Assembly: GCA_050249615.1 (NCBI GenBank)
Contig: JBFWQE010000013.1
Coordinates: 406-64,405, forward strand
Origin: Vicinamibacterales bacterium
GTDB taxonomy: Bacteria > Acidobacteriota > Vicinamibacteria > Vicinamibacterales > UBA2999
Direction of reading: 5' to 3'
Length of the DNA: 64,000 bases
Positions 1 to 8,700 of this stretch are shown here, one piece after another (within the stretch, counting starts at the first letter, position 1; each line of letters starts with the position of its first letter). Made by a program: the position numbers and the translations under genes. Below the pieces are notes generated by a model. The model saw nothing but the letters and a program-made list of their open reading frames with translations. It made no database searches and was not told the DNA's origin.

Positions 1-113
1 AGCGCGCGGATCCTGCCGAGCGTGTCGCCCCGCCAGTCGCCGAGCTCGGCGATTCTCCGGCTGATCAGCTCGGACGCGGACTCGCCTTCCTGCCTGGCCC
101 CGGACCGTTTCAT
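1..113 (-). CDS. DUF1801-like protein, N-terminal fragment (gene runs off the left edge)
   Basis: ATG at 113-111 is preceded by GAGGAGG (revcomp of 114-125). It translates MKRSGARQEGESASELISRRIAELGDWRGDTLGRIRA, an N-terminus typical of YdhG/DUF1801-type proteins. Confidence 0.5.
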   Translation of the reverse strand, partial: MKRSGARQEGESASELISRRIAELGDWRGDTLGRIRA

Positions 114-151
114 CGTCGCCTCCTCAGAATGATTCGCCTGCATCGGTGCCG

Positions 152-649
152 CTACGGAAGCCAGCCGGGCAGCGCCGCCGCCTGCTTCACCCATGCCGCC
201 ATCTGCCCCTCGTCCAGTTCGCCTTCGCGGATGTCGACGTAGCGTGTCTGCTGGCTCTTGCTGGCACCGGGCGGGATCGGCATGAGCGATGTGCCGCGGA
301 AAAACGCCACCTTGACGTAGTGCGTGAACGTGTGGAACGAGAGGAACCAGCCCCGACCTTCGATGCCGTAGAACGGCGAGTTCCACTTCACGGCCTTGCG
401 GACGTCGGGAACGGCCCGGACGATGAGTGCATCCAGCCGGTGCCCGACGTCACGCTTCCAGCCCGGCATCGCCGCGATGTACGCCTGCACCGGGGCGTCG
501 CCGTCGGCCTTCGCGATCTGCGGATTGCCGCCGGACAGGAGTCTCGGTGACTTGGCCTGCCCCCCACTCGGCCATGGCCGAGTGACCGCCTTCGACGCGA
601 GCCTGGCCCCGGGCGGCGTGCGATGCCTGCCTGCGCGCGATGTCGTCAT
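152..649 (-). CDS. DUF1801 (YdhG-like) domain protein
   Basis: 165-aa ORF. The segment VQAYIAAMPGWKRDVGHRLDALIVRAVPDVRKAVKWNSPFYGIEGRGWFLSFHTFTHYVKVAFFRG is the recognisable DUF1801 core. Confidence 0.8.
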   Translation of the reverse strand: MTTSRAGRHRTPPGARLASKAVTRPWPSGGQAKSPRLLSGGNPQIAKADGDAPVQAYIAAMPGWKRDVGHRLDALIVRAVPDVRKAVKWNSPFYGIEGRGWFLSFHTFTHYVKVAFFRGTSLMPIPPGASKSQQTRYVDIREGELDEGQMAAWVKQAAALPGWLP

Positions 650-661
650 GGGTTGGCTCTC

Positions 662-883
662 TCAAGCGGTGCGTCGCTCGCTGCGGCGCCTCGCGGCATA
701 CGGCAGCACGAACAGGTACAGGCCGGTGAAGAGGAGCACGGCGAGCGGGAGCAGCGGTGAGTAGGTCACCCATGGCGGCGGTGCTTCGCCTCCCCCCTGC
801 GCCAGGGCGACGACGTTGGCGATGACGGTCACGGTGAAGGCCACCGACACCCAGCGGTGGGTCTGCCGAATCCAGTTGTTCAT
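662..883 (-). CDS. small two-helix membrane protein
   Basis: ATG at 883-881 overlaps the TGA of the upstream SRPBCC gene (ATGA). The 73-aa product MNNWIRQTHRWVSVAFTVTVIANVV...LLPLAVLLFTGLYLFVL has two hydrophobic helices. Confidence 0.55.
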   Translation of the reverse strand: MNNWIRQTHRWVSVAFTVTVIANVVALAQGGGEAPPPWVTYSPLLPLAVLLFTGLYLFVLPYAARRRSERRTA

Positions 884-1308
884 GAGCTCCTCGCGAGCAG
901 GTCGACGAGCTTGTCGCCCATCATCTTCCAGCCGTAGCGCGCGCCGCCGAACTCCCTCTTCTGGTCCGGCTTGAAGCCCGACTGCACGAGGGACAGGCGC
1001 GTGCCCGAGGCCGTGCGCGTGAGGGTGAACGTCACGACGGTGTCGATCAACCATCCGCCAGGCTCCCCGACGACCCAGGTGTAGCGGAGCTTCCGATGCG
1101 TTTCGATCTCGACGAACCGGCAATTCACGATGCCGTCCCAGCCGGGCTGCGGCTGGGTCTTGAACGTGAACGCCGCTCCCGGCTCGAGCGTGAGGTCGAC
1201 CACGGGCAGGAGCCACTCCGCGAGCAGCGCGGGGTCGGTGAGCGCACGCCACACCTTCTCCGGCGGATGAGGCAGATCGAACTCGAACGACAGGGCGTCG
1301 GTACTCAT
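880..1308 (-). CDS. SRPBCC / AHSA1 (Aha1-like) domain protein
   Basis: 142 aa. FDLPHPPEKVWRALTDPALLAEWL and the C-terminal GWKMMGDKL pattern are typical of the AHSA1/SRPBCC fold. It overlaps arsR by 4 nt, the classic ArsR-SRPBCC pairing. Confidence 0.85.
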   Translation of the reverse strand: MSTDALSFEFDLPHPPEKVWRALTDPALLAEWLLPVVDLTLEPGAAFTFKTQPQPGWDGIVNCRFVEIETHRKLRYTWVVGEPGGWLIDTVVTFTLTRTASGTRLSLVQSGFKPDQKREFGGARYGWKMMGDKLVDLLARSS

Positions 1309-1634
1309 TCGTCCATCTTCTCCAGCAGCCGCTCGAGGCGGCCGACGTGCGCGGGCCAGAAGGCCCGGTAGTGGGTAATCCAGTCGATGAGCGGCCTCAT
1401 CCCGCGCGGCTCCACGCGGTAGTAGACCGAGCGCCCCTCGCGCCGGGCGTTCACCAGCCCGGCGTCCTTCAACGTGCCGAGGTGCTGCGAGACTGCCGGC
1501 TGCGAGATGTCAAAGCGGGCCGTGAGGTCCTTCACCGCTGCTTCGCCACGCGTGAGCGACTCGAAGATCGCGCGGCGGCTGGGGTCCGCCAGCGCGTGGA
1601 AAATCCGGTCCTCGACGGCGGCCGCGCGCGGCAT
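1305..1634 (-). CDS. ArsR/SmtB family transcriptional regulator
   Basis: 109 aa. ALADPSRRAIFESLTRGEAAVKDLTARFDISQPAVSQHLGTLKDAGLV is the ArsR winged-HTH signature. Confidence 0.9.
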   Translation of the reverse strand: MPRAAAVEDRIFHALADPSRRAIFESLTRGEAAVKDLTARFDISQPAVSQHLGTLKDAGLVNARREGRSVYYRVEPRGMRPLIDWITHYRAFWPAHVGRLERLLEKMDE

Positions 1635-1640
1635 GCCGAA

Positions 1641-1669
1641 TATATAAGCAAATACTTATTGATTGTCAA
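1641..1669 (-). promoter_or_regulatory. sigma70-like promoter with embedded palindrome, driving a near-leaderless arsR
   Basis: The minus strand reads TTGACA (1669-1664), a 17-nt spacer, TATATA (1646-1641), 6 nt, then ATG (1634). The palindrome ATAAG-N6-CTTAT (1644-1659) lies in the spacer/-10 region. This is the only AT-rich patch in the area. Confidence 0.5.
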
Positions 1670-1772
1670 GCGGCGCGAGGCTCGCCGCTCCTTGCCGGGT
1701 GGGAGATAGACGAAGGACGAGGGCTCCGCCGCCGCGAGAGCGTGGCGGCGGCGGAACCCGTATTGCCGACGA

Positions 1773-4685
1773 TCAGGGCACGACGACCGTCTGCGCAGGC
1801 GTCGGCGCGCTCGACCCGCACGCGTTCTGCGCCGTGACCCGGACGTTGTAGGTGCCGGGTGCGGCCGTCCCGCTGATGAACCGGGCTGTCGTGCTGAAGC
1901 TGCCGGTATAGGCGCCGGTCACCTCCACGACATAGGTGGTGGGCGCCGGCCCGCTGGCGGCAAGATCCCAGACCGCCACGATCGTGTTTCCCAACCGGTA
2001 GGCGAGGAAGCGATCGGGAGTCAGCGGAACGCCGGTGCACGCCGCCGGGACCGACAGCGTGACCGGGCTCGAGCTCGCGCTGGTGCCGGTGGCGTTCGCC
2101 GCCCGGACACTGACCGTGTAGCTGCCCGCCGGCACGTTGTCGAAGGTGATGGACTCGGTCAGGCCGAGCGGGATCGATGTCGTGAGCGGGCCGGACACGT
2201 CCAGCAGGATCGAGCTGGGCTCGCCGCCCTCGAAGGTGTTCCGCCAGGCCAGGGCGACCGACGAGCCGTTGACCAGCCCGACGAGGTTCTGCGGCGCCGA
2301 CGGCGCCTCCGGCACGTTCACGAAGATCCGGATCTCGTTGGACGGCTCGGCGGGATCCTCACCGTGCACGCTGACGTAGAACGCGCCGCTCGGTGCGGTC
2401 AACGTGAAGATCGGATCCTGGCTGCCGGTCGGGATGAGGACCTGCGTATCGCCGGGGGTGAGACCGCCGCGGATGACGTAGCCGCCAGCCGGCGGCCCCG
2501 CCTCGGGCTCGGTCCATCGCAGCGTCACCTGGTTGCCGACGATGGAAGCGGCGTAGAGCCCCGTGGGCTGCGTGAGCACTTGCGTCACGACGCCCCGGGC
2601 GTATTCCGAGTAGGTGTCGCCGGTCACCGTGTTGCCCTGGTTCCAGACCCCGTAGAAATGCAGGCCGTCGGGGCGGGTCACGATCTGCGACTCGTACGCG
2701 TACTCCTCGTCCTGGAACACCGTCCCGGCAGCCGTCGAGTAGCGCACGGGCGTCGCGAACGTCTCGGCCGCGTCGGTGCTGACCGTGACGAAGATGCCGA
2801 GATCGGCACCGCCGTCCGGGTCATAGGGAGAGACGTTCTCCTGCGTGCCCCACGCGAGAATGATGACGTCGGGGTTCTGGCACTGCGTCGGATCGGTCGT
2901 CGTGGGATCCTGCGGGTTGCCGGTGGGGCACGTCGTCTGGCTGCTCTTGGGCGTGCCGATGATGCGAGGCTCGCGAACATTGATGGCCCGGTCCGTGATC
3001 CTGGAGATGTTGGCGGGCACGCCCCACCCCTGGCCGAGTGTGTACTTGCGCAGCCAGAAGTTGTAGTTGTCGAGCTGCGCCCAGAGCTTCACCAGGTCGC
3101 TGGTGTAGTTCCAGCCAACCCACAGGTCGCCACCGCGCAGCACGCCGCGGTGCGCGAGCGCGTTCTCGGTGTAGTTGAGCTCCGTGTCGTCAGACAGGTT
3201 CGCGCTCGTCGCGGTCGGCGTGTTGCTGCTCAGGTTCTCCGCGTGCGCGTTGGCCAGGGTGATCGCCGTCGGGTAGTCGGAGGTGGCGCAGGCCGGATCG
3301 ACCGCCGGCACCATCTGGGCCGGCTGCAGACCGCTCATGCCGCGGCGCAGCACGATGTCGGAGGGCCCCCCCCTGTCGTAGATGCCCTCCTTCCAGAAGA
3401 TGGCGATGTTGATCCCCCCGGGGCCGGCATCGGCCGGGCTCTGGGTGAGGAAGCGCACGCGGCGCCCGTTCTTCAGCGGGTCGCTGATGATGCACCCCGC
3501 CTTGCCCGCCGGATCGACCGGCGGCGTGGCATACGGGAACGCGTGGTAGCGGATGAACTTGCCCTCGTCGAGCCCTTCAGACGCCTTCGTTTCCTCGTAG
3601 GCGATGATCGACGTGCCGCCGACCATCCCGATGTTCGCGCGGGACGCGCCCGCCTGGCCCTTCTCGATCAGGCCCGGGTCGACATTGACGCCCTGGCTGT
3701 CGAAGATCGGGTTGACCTGTCCGGGCAGCCCGTACAGGCCCTGCCAGTTGTCGGTCAGCCGCGCCGGCGCGGCCAGGACGAAGTCGTCGTTGGGGGTGCC
3801 GGGGATAGAGAGGTCGATCGTCGCGAAGGTATACCAGACGTCGGTACCGCCACTGACCTTCGCGCCGGACGCGCCGTCACCGGGACCGTCGGCCTCGCCG
3901 AGCTGCAGCCCCATCGGATCCTCCTGCCAGGAGACGATGACCTGCCCCTTGCGGAAGCTCGGGCTGGCGGGGTCGGTGTTGACGTTGCCGCTGTGTGCGT
4001 CCTGTTTGGCGTCGCGCTCACCAGTGCTGAGCTGAACCGGCGTACTCCACGTGCTGCCATTGTTGGTCGTGTACGTCAACCACGTGCACGCGAACGGGAT
4101 GACGCGGTTGTCACGCTCGAGGTAGCGGACCGCGCGCTGCACCGGCGGCTGAATGCCGGCCGTCGCCAGGTCGCCGTCGGGACAGTAGTTGCCGATCCAC
4201 GAGGCGACCATCACGGGACCGCTGGTCTTGATGTTGACCTTGTCGATGTCGCCCGGATAGGGCAGGCGGTTGGCAGCCGGGTCGCCGCCCTGCCACGCCG
4301 TCGAGATGCTCGACTGGAGCGCCGAGTTCGAGAGGTTCTGTGCCGCCGACCAGTCCTCCGGCACGTCACACGTGCGCACGACCGAGTCGGGCCGGACCGT
4401 GCCGGGTTTGCACGTCTTGACGTAGACGTCGCGCGCCGACCGCTCGGCGTCGGCCTTGGTATCGTAGACGTTGCCGGCGCCCGGCGTGTTGTCACCGTAG
4501 ATGACGACGAGCGTGCCGTCGCCAGCGCGCTGGATCTTGGGCTTGTCGCCCGACTCGCCGTCGCTGACGGCAAACGGCGTGCTGATGGTCAATCGCGTGA
4601 CCGCGGCCAGCGTGACCGTCGTCCCCAACGCGACGGCAATCACCAGCGCGGTCTTGCGCCACGGATGAACGTTATTAGGACTCAT
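1773..4685 (-). CDS. secreted BNR/Asp-box (sialidase-like propeller) protein with three C-terminal Fn3-like domains
   Basis: The likely start is MSPNNVHPWRKTALVIAVALGTTVTLAAV (signal anchor) at 4685; the ORF maximum is 4751. Asp-box-like TNNGSTWSTP and VSTDAAETFATP are present. Three ~90-aa repeats with the Fn3 pattern (e.g. APQNLVGLVNGSSVALAWRN...YTVSVRAANATGTSASS) lie at the C-terminus. Confidence 0.75.
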   Translation of the reverse strand: MSPNNVHPWRKTALVIAVALGTTVTLAAVTRLTISTPFAVSDGESGDKPKIQRAGDGTLVVIYGDNTPGAGNVYDTKADAERSARDVYVKTCKPGTVRPDSVVRTCDVPEDWSAAQNLSNSALQSSISTAWQGGDPAANRLPYPGDIDKVNIKTSGPVMVASWIGNYCPDGDLATAGIQPPVQRAVRYLERDNRVIPFACTWLTYTTNNGSTWSTPVQLSTGERDAKQDAHSGNVNTDPASPSFRKGQVIVSWQEDPMGLQLGEADGPGDGASGAKVSGGTDVWYTFATIDLSIPGTPNDDFVLAAPARLTDNWQGLYGLPGQVNPIFDSQGVNVDPGLIEKGQAGASRANIGMVGGTSIIAYEETKASEGLDEGKFIRYHAFPYATPPVDPAGKAGCIISDPLKNGRRVRFLTQSPADAGPGGINIAIFWKEGIYDRGGPSDIVLRRGMSGLQPAQMVPAVDPACATSDYPTAITLANAHAENLSSNTPTATSANLSDDTELNYTENALAHRGVLRGGDLWVGWNYTSDLVKLWAQLDNYNFWLRKYTLGQGWGVPANISRITDRAINVREPRIIGTPKSSQTTCPTGNPQDPTTTDPTQCQNPDVIILAWGTQENVSPYDPDGGADLGIFVTVSTDAAETFATPVRYSTAAGTVFQDEEYAYESQIVTRPDGLHFYGVWNQGNTVTGDTYSEYARGVVTQVLTQPTGLYAASIVGNQVTLRWTEPEAGPPAGGYVIRGGLTPGDTQVLIPTGSQDPIFTLTAPSGAFYVSVHGEDPAEPSNEIRIFVNVPEAPSAPQNLVGLVNGSSVALAWRNTFEGGEPSSILLDVSGPLTTSIPLGLTESITFDNVPAGSYTVSVRAANATGTSASSSPVTLSVPAACTGVPLTPDRFLAYRLGNTIVAVWDLAASGPAPTTYVVEVTGAYTGSFSTTARFISGTAAPGTYNVRVTAQNACGSSAPTPAQTVVVP

Positions 4686-5060
4686 ACACCAACTCCATAT
4701 CCGACCGATGCGTGTGTGTGCGTACGTCCGCCGGCGCCGCGCGGTGCTCATGACCTCGATGACCGACCAGTGCGCAGTACCGGAGCCGTAGATTCATGCC
4801 CTGAGGCACGCGAGATCGACGCTAGCACACAGAAGGCATTCGAAGTCCGTTTGTTTTCGCTGGAGACATAAGATGACATACGTTACAGGACACAGGATGA
4901 CACCTCGATTCCTCGACAGATGATGGCGGGATGGCTTCAGTTCAGGGCGAGTCTCGGCCCAATCCGGCGGGATGCGACGAGGGACCAAAGCAGTGCACCG
5001 ATTGGTTGACAGATGCCCGACGCATGATGACCATCAATGCCGTTCACGAAAGGAGAAGAC

Positions 5061-5909
5061 GTGTCGACCGTCGTCGTGGCAGGTGCGACCGGATATCTGG
5101 GGCAGTTTGTGGTGGCGGAGCTGGCTCGCCGCGGACATCGGGTCCGTGCACTCGCGCGGCCGGGCAAATCGGTCGCGGGTGCAGCGGATGTGTTCGAGGC
5201 CGAGGCGACGCGGCCCGAGACCCTGCATGGCCTCTGCGATGGCGCGGAGCTGGTGTTCTCGAGCCTGGGCATCACGCGCCAGATCGATCGCGTGACGTTC
5301 GAGGACGTCGATCACCGCGCGAACGCGAACGTCCTGGCGCAGGCCGTCGCCGCCGGCGTGCGGCGCTTCGGTTTCGTCTCTGTCGTGTCGCCCGAGGTGT
5401 TCGCGCACTCGGCACTCGTGCAGGCGCGCGAGCGGTTCGTCGCCGAGCTCGCGCGCGCGCCGATCGAGGCGACGCTGATCCGTGCGACCGGCTTCTTCAA
5501 CGACATGGCGGAGCCATTCCAGATGGCTGCCAGGGGGCGCGTCTACCTGATCGGTCGCGGGACGACCCGGATCAACCCGATCCACGGTGCTGATCTCGCC
5601 ACGGCCTGCGCCGACGCCCTCGAGGTGGGTGATGCGGCACGCGCCGTCGGCGGCCCCGAGATCCTGACGTGGAACGAGGTCGCCGGGCTCGCGTTTCGCG
5701 TGCTCGAGAAGCCCGCGCGCGTCACCCACGTACCGAGCTGGATGGTTGGTGCGGCACTCCCCGCCATTCGGCTGTTCAGCCAACGCGCTCACGACATCGC
5801 GACATTCGTCCGGACGGTGATGACGCACGACATCACGGCACCGCAGAGCGGGAGCCACCGCTTGGAGGATCACTTTCGCGAGCTCGCGCGCGCCGGGGCA
5901 GACCGATGA
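5061..5909 (+). CDS. NAD(P)-binding SDR/NmrA-like oxidoreductase
   Basis: GTG at 5061 lies 6 nt after AAGGAG; the ORF track offers ATG at 5037. The N-terminus VVVAGATGYLGQFVVAELARRGHRVRALAR is a Rossmann GxxGxxG motif. Confidence 0.8.
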   Translation: MSTVVVAGATGYLGQFVVAELARRGHRVRALARPGKSVAGAADVFEAEATRPETLHGLCDGAELVFSSLGITRQIDRVTFEDVDHRANANVLAQAVAAGVRRFGFVSVVSPEVFAHSALVQARERFVAELARAPIEATLIRATGFFNDMAEPFQMAARGRVYLIGRGTTRINPIHGADLATACADALEVGDAARAVGGPEILTWNEVAGLAFRVLEKPARVTHVPSWMVGAALPAIRLFSQRAHDIATFVRTVMTHDITAPQSGSHRLEDHFRELARAGADR

Positions 5910-6075
5910 CAACCCCTCGGACCGGCCACGCCCGACAACGACCTCTTCACGTCGGGAAGGTCGGCGGAAACGAAGGGGGGACCTTCGGCACGCGCCCCGT
6001 GGCTCGGTCGATGCGCCGCGCCCAGACGCGGAGCGGCCCTTGCCGGCTGGAGACCTGATTATGTTGGATTCATTC

Positions 6076-6150
6076 TGGCTCCTCGGGCTGGATTCGAACC
6101 AGCAACCCTCCGGTTAACAGCCGGATGCTCTGCCGTTGAGCTACCGAGGA
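6076..6150 (-). tRNA. tRNA-Asn (GTT)
   Basis: The minus strand reads TCCTCGGTAGCTCAACGGCAGAGCATCCGGCTGTTAACCGGAGGGTTGCTGGTTCGAATCCAGCCCGAGGAGCCA. It has a 7-bp acceptor stem, anticodon loop CTGTTAA, a GGTTCGAATCC T-arm and an encoded CCA. Confidence 0.9.
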
Positions 6151-6201
6151 ACGCGGCAGGTGCGCGCCCGCGGACAGGACTCCCGCGGGCGAAAGGAACC
6201 C

Positions 6202-7629
6202 CTATCGTAAACCGACTTCGCCCTGCGCCGCAAATCCCTTCCGCACCATCCGGCCCCACCCCTGGCGGCCTCGGAGGAAGTCCACCGTCCCCTTCAATCG
6301 CCACCACGTCGTCAGCTGCCGGAACCCGAAGTTCTCGAGCACGCCCAGCGCCGCCAGCAGCAGTAGATCCCGCACGCGCGGGTAGCGCCGGAACGACACC
6401 TCCTCCAGCAGCACCGCCATCACCGAGATGAGGGCGCCGTAGGCGATGGCCGTCAGGAAGAACAGCTGCGCGAAGACCACGTCCACCAGCCCGAAGGCGA
6501 GCGCCGCGCCGTTGACCAGGTAGCCGAGCGACTCGACGACCGGGCCCGCCGCCTCGAAGATGGCGAAGTACGGCAGCGCGAAGAGTCCCACCACGCCGTG
6601 CCGCGCGCTCCCCATCATCGCAGCGTGCGCCGTCAGCACCTGCAGCGTCCCCCGCTGCCAGCGGTTCCGCTGGTTGGCGAGGATGGACGCCGACTCCGGC
6701 ACCTCGGTCCAGCACACCGGGTCCGGCTGGAAGACGATGCGGTAGGGGCGCCCACGCTGGCGCTGGAGGCGGTGCAGGCGCACGATCACCTCCATGTCCT
6801 CGCCGATGGTGTCGGTGCGGAACCCGCCCGCCTCGATCACGGCGTCGCGCCGGAACAACCCAAAGGCGCCCGACACGATGAGCAGCGCGTTGGCCGCGGA
6901 CATGGCGACCCGCCCGGCGAGGAACCCGCGGAGGTACTCCACCACCTGGAAGCGCGCCAGCCATCGGCGCGGCAGCCGCACCTCGGTCACGCGCCCCGCC
7001 TCCACCGTGCAGCCGTTCACGATGCGGACGATGCCGCCCATGGCGACGGTGTGGGGATCCTCGAGGAACGGCAGGACCGCGCGCGCGAGCGCGTGCTCCT
7101 CGAGCAGCGAGTCGGCGTCGATGACGCAGACCAGGTCGTGCTTGGCGGCATTGAGCCCCGCGTTGATGGCGTCGGCCTTGCCGCCGTTGGCCTTGTCGAT
7201 GACCACGAGGTTGGGATGGTCGAGCGATCGGTACAGCCCGCGGACCGGCGCCGTCTCGAGCGGCTGCCGGTACGCGACCGGCGCGCGCATCAGCCCGAAG
7301 GCCCCTTGCGCGGCGTCGATCGTGCCGTCTTCGGAGCCGTCGTTGACGACCACCACCTCGTACTGCGGGTAGTCCAGCAGCAGCAGCCCGCGCAGGCTCT
7401 CCGAGATGGTGGCCTCCTCGTTGTACGCCGGCACGATCACCGAGATGGGCGGCGTGGCCGGCGAGCGGAGCACCGTGTCGAGCTCGCGGGGAGTCCAACG
7501 CCGACGGTGCTGCATCAGGCGGACGAAGGCGACGACCGAGAACCCGAGGTACAGCGTATTGAGCGCCAGGAAATAGGAGAGGACCACGAGGTCGAAGCCC
7601 TGGACGAAGGTGACCAGCGACTCCCTCAT
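6202..7629 (-). CDS. processive family-2 glycosyltransferase (PgaC/IcaA/NfrB/YaiP-like polysaccharide synthase)
   Basis: The start MRESLVTF at 7629 overlaps the upstream stop (ATGA). Motifs: VIVPAYNEE, NDGSEDGT, VIDADS, GAFGLFRR, GEDMEV and QRNRW (QxxRW). TM helices are present at both ends. Confidence 0.85.
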   Translation of the reverse strand: MRESLVTFVQGFDLVVLSYFLALNTLYLGFSVVAFVRLMQHRRRWTPRELDTVLRSPATPPISVIVPAYNEEATISESLRGLLLLDYPQYEVVVVNDGSEDGTIDAAQGAFGLMRAPVAYRQPLETAPVRGLYRSLDHPNLVVIDKANGGKADAINAGLNAAKHDLVCVIDADSLLEEHALARAVLPFLEDPHTVAMGGIVRIVNGCTVEAGRVTEVRLPRRWLARFQVVEYLRGFLAGRVAMSAANALLIVSGAFGLFRRDAVIEAGGFRTDTIGEDMEVIVRLHRLQRQRGRPYRIVFQPDPVCWTEVPESASILANQRNRWQRGTLQVLTAHAAMMGSARHGVVGLFALPYFAIFEAAGPVVESLGYLVNGAALAFGLVDVVFAQLFFLTAIAYGALISVMAVLLEEVSFRRYPRVRDLLLLAALGVLENFGFRQLTTWWRLKGTVDFLRGRQGWGRMVRKGFAAQGEVGLR

Positions 7630-8696
7630 GGCCGCTCGTGCTCCCACAGGAAGTGGCGCGCCAGCTCGAGGCCGTGCCCGCCCAGGCCCGAGGCCTCGCG
7701 GGCGCGGAGCGCCAACACGCCCGGCCGGCCCAGCCACGCCAGCGCGCGCGCCCCCTGTGCCGCCACCTCCCACTCGTCGTCCAGGTGCGCGGCGAGATAG
7801 GGCACGACATCGGCGCGTCCCGTGCGGCCCAGTGCCTGCGCCGCGTGCGCGCGCACCCGCGGGTCGGCATCGCCCAGCGCGCGGAGTGCGTGATAGGCGG
7901 CGCGGTCGCCCACCCCGATGGCGCCGATGGCGCGCCAGGCGCCGGCGCGCACGCGCGCGTCCTCGTCCGAGGTCCACTCGAGCAGCGTGGCGCGGGCGCC
8001 GGGGCCGCCCACCATCGCCAGCACTTCGGCCAGCAGGATGCGCTCCTCGGCGTTGGCCGCGCCGCGCCCCACGATCGCCTTCGTGACCGGCGGGCCGATT
8101 CGCCGGAGCGCCTCGACGAGCCGCGCCTGCTGGTGGCGGGACTGCTGGCCGAGCCGCCCGAGCAGCGCCTCGATGGCGGCGGTGTCGCCGATCATCCCGA
8201 GCGCGTCGGCGGCGGCCGCCCGCACCTGGTCGCTGGCATCGTCGAGCAGGACCACCAGCGCGGGCACCGCCTCGGCGTCGCGAACAAGGCCGAGCGCGAG
8301 CGCGGCCCTCGAACGCACGGCCCAGGATCCGCGGGCCAGGCTCGTGCGCCAGCCGGCGAGCAGGCCGAGGTCCCGCGCCACCATCCGCGCGCGGTCCACG
8401 GTGTTGCCCCGGACCACGCGCAGCGGTTCGACGAGCGCGTCGGCCACGACGGCGCGATGGCGGCGGGCGGCGCGGCCGAGGGCCGTCATGGCTCGCGCCT
8501 GCGAGGCCTGGTCGCCCTCGAGCGCGTCACGGAGCAGCGGCGCGTACCGGGCGCGATCCCGCGCGTGGCGCGAGGCACGCCAGTCGCGGGCGACACGCTG
8601 TGCGATGACGACGACCAGCAGCAGGGCGACGGCTCCGCCCAGGAGGAGCAGGAGGGGTATCAGCCAGTCGCGCAACCGTTCGGCGAGGGCGAGCAC
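7626..8696 (-). CDS. membrane-anchored HEAT-repeat protein
   Basis: GTG start at 8696, 4 nt after the regulator stop. There is an N-terminal TM segment (WLIPLLLLLGGAVALLLVVVIA). HEAT/PBS-lyase-type units repeat: DQVRAAAADALGMIG, DARVRAGAWRAIGAIG, DPRVRAHAAQALGRTG. Confidence 0.75.
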   Translation of the reverse strand: MLALAERLRDWLIPLLLLLGGAVALLLVVVIAQRVARDWRASRHARDRARYAPLLRDALEGDQASQARAMTALGRAARRHRAVVADALVEPLRVVRGNTVDRARMVARDLGLLAGWRTSLARGSWAVRSRAALALGLVRDAEAVPALVVLLDDASDQVRAAAADALGMIGDTAAIEALLGRLGQQSRHQQARLVEALRRIGPPVTKAIVGRGAANAEERILLAEVLAMVGGPGARATLLEWTSDEDARVRAGAWRAIGAIGVGDRAAYHALRALGDADPRVRAHAAQALGRTGRADVVPYLAAHLDDEWEVAAQGARALAWLGRPGVLALRAREASGLGGHGLELARHFLWEHERP

Positions 8697-8700
8697 GGCG

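Noticed and set aside
2364-4871. 835-aa plus-strand ORF
   Set aside because: It is antisense to the BNR/Fn3 gene. The composition is Arg/Ala/Gly/Asp-rich with no motifs. It is a typical shadow ORF of GC-rich DNA, where stops are rare.
5006-5034. Promoter for the SDR gene (TTGACA at 5006-5011)
   Set aside because: No acceptable -10 lies at 16-18 nt spacing (GACCAT/TGACCA only), which is too weak to call.
6059-7870. 603-aa minus-strand ORF starting over the tRNA-Asn
   Set aside because: It overlaps a tRNA and is out of frame with the GT2 gene. It is Arg/Gly/Ala-rich nonsense.
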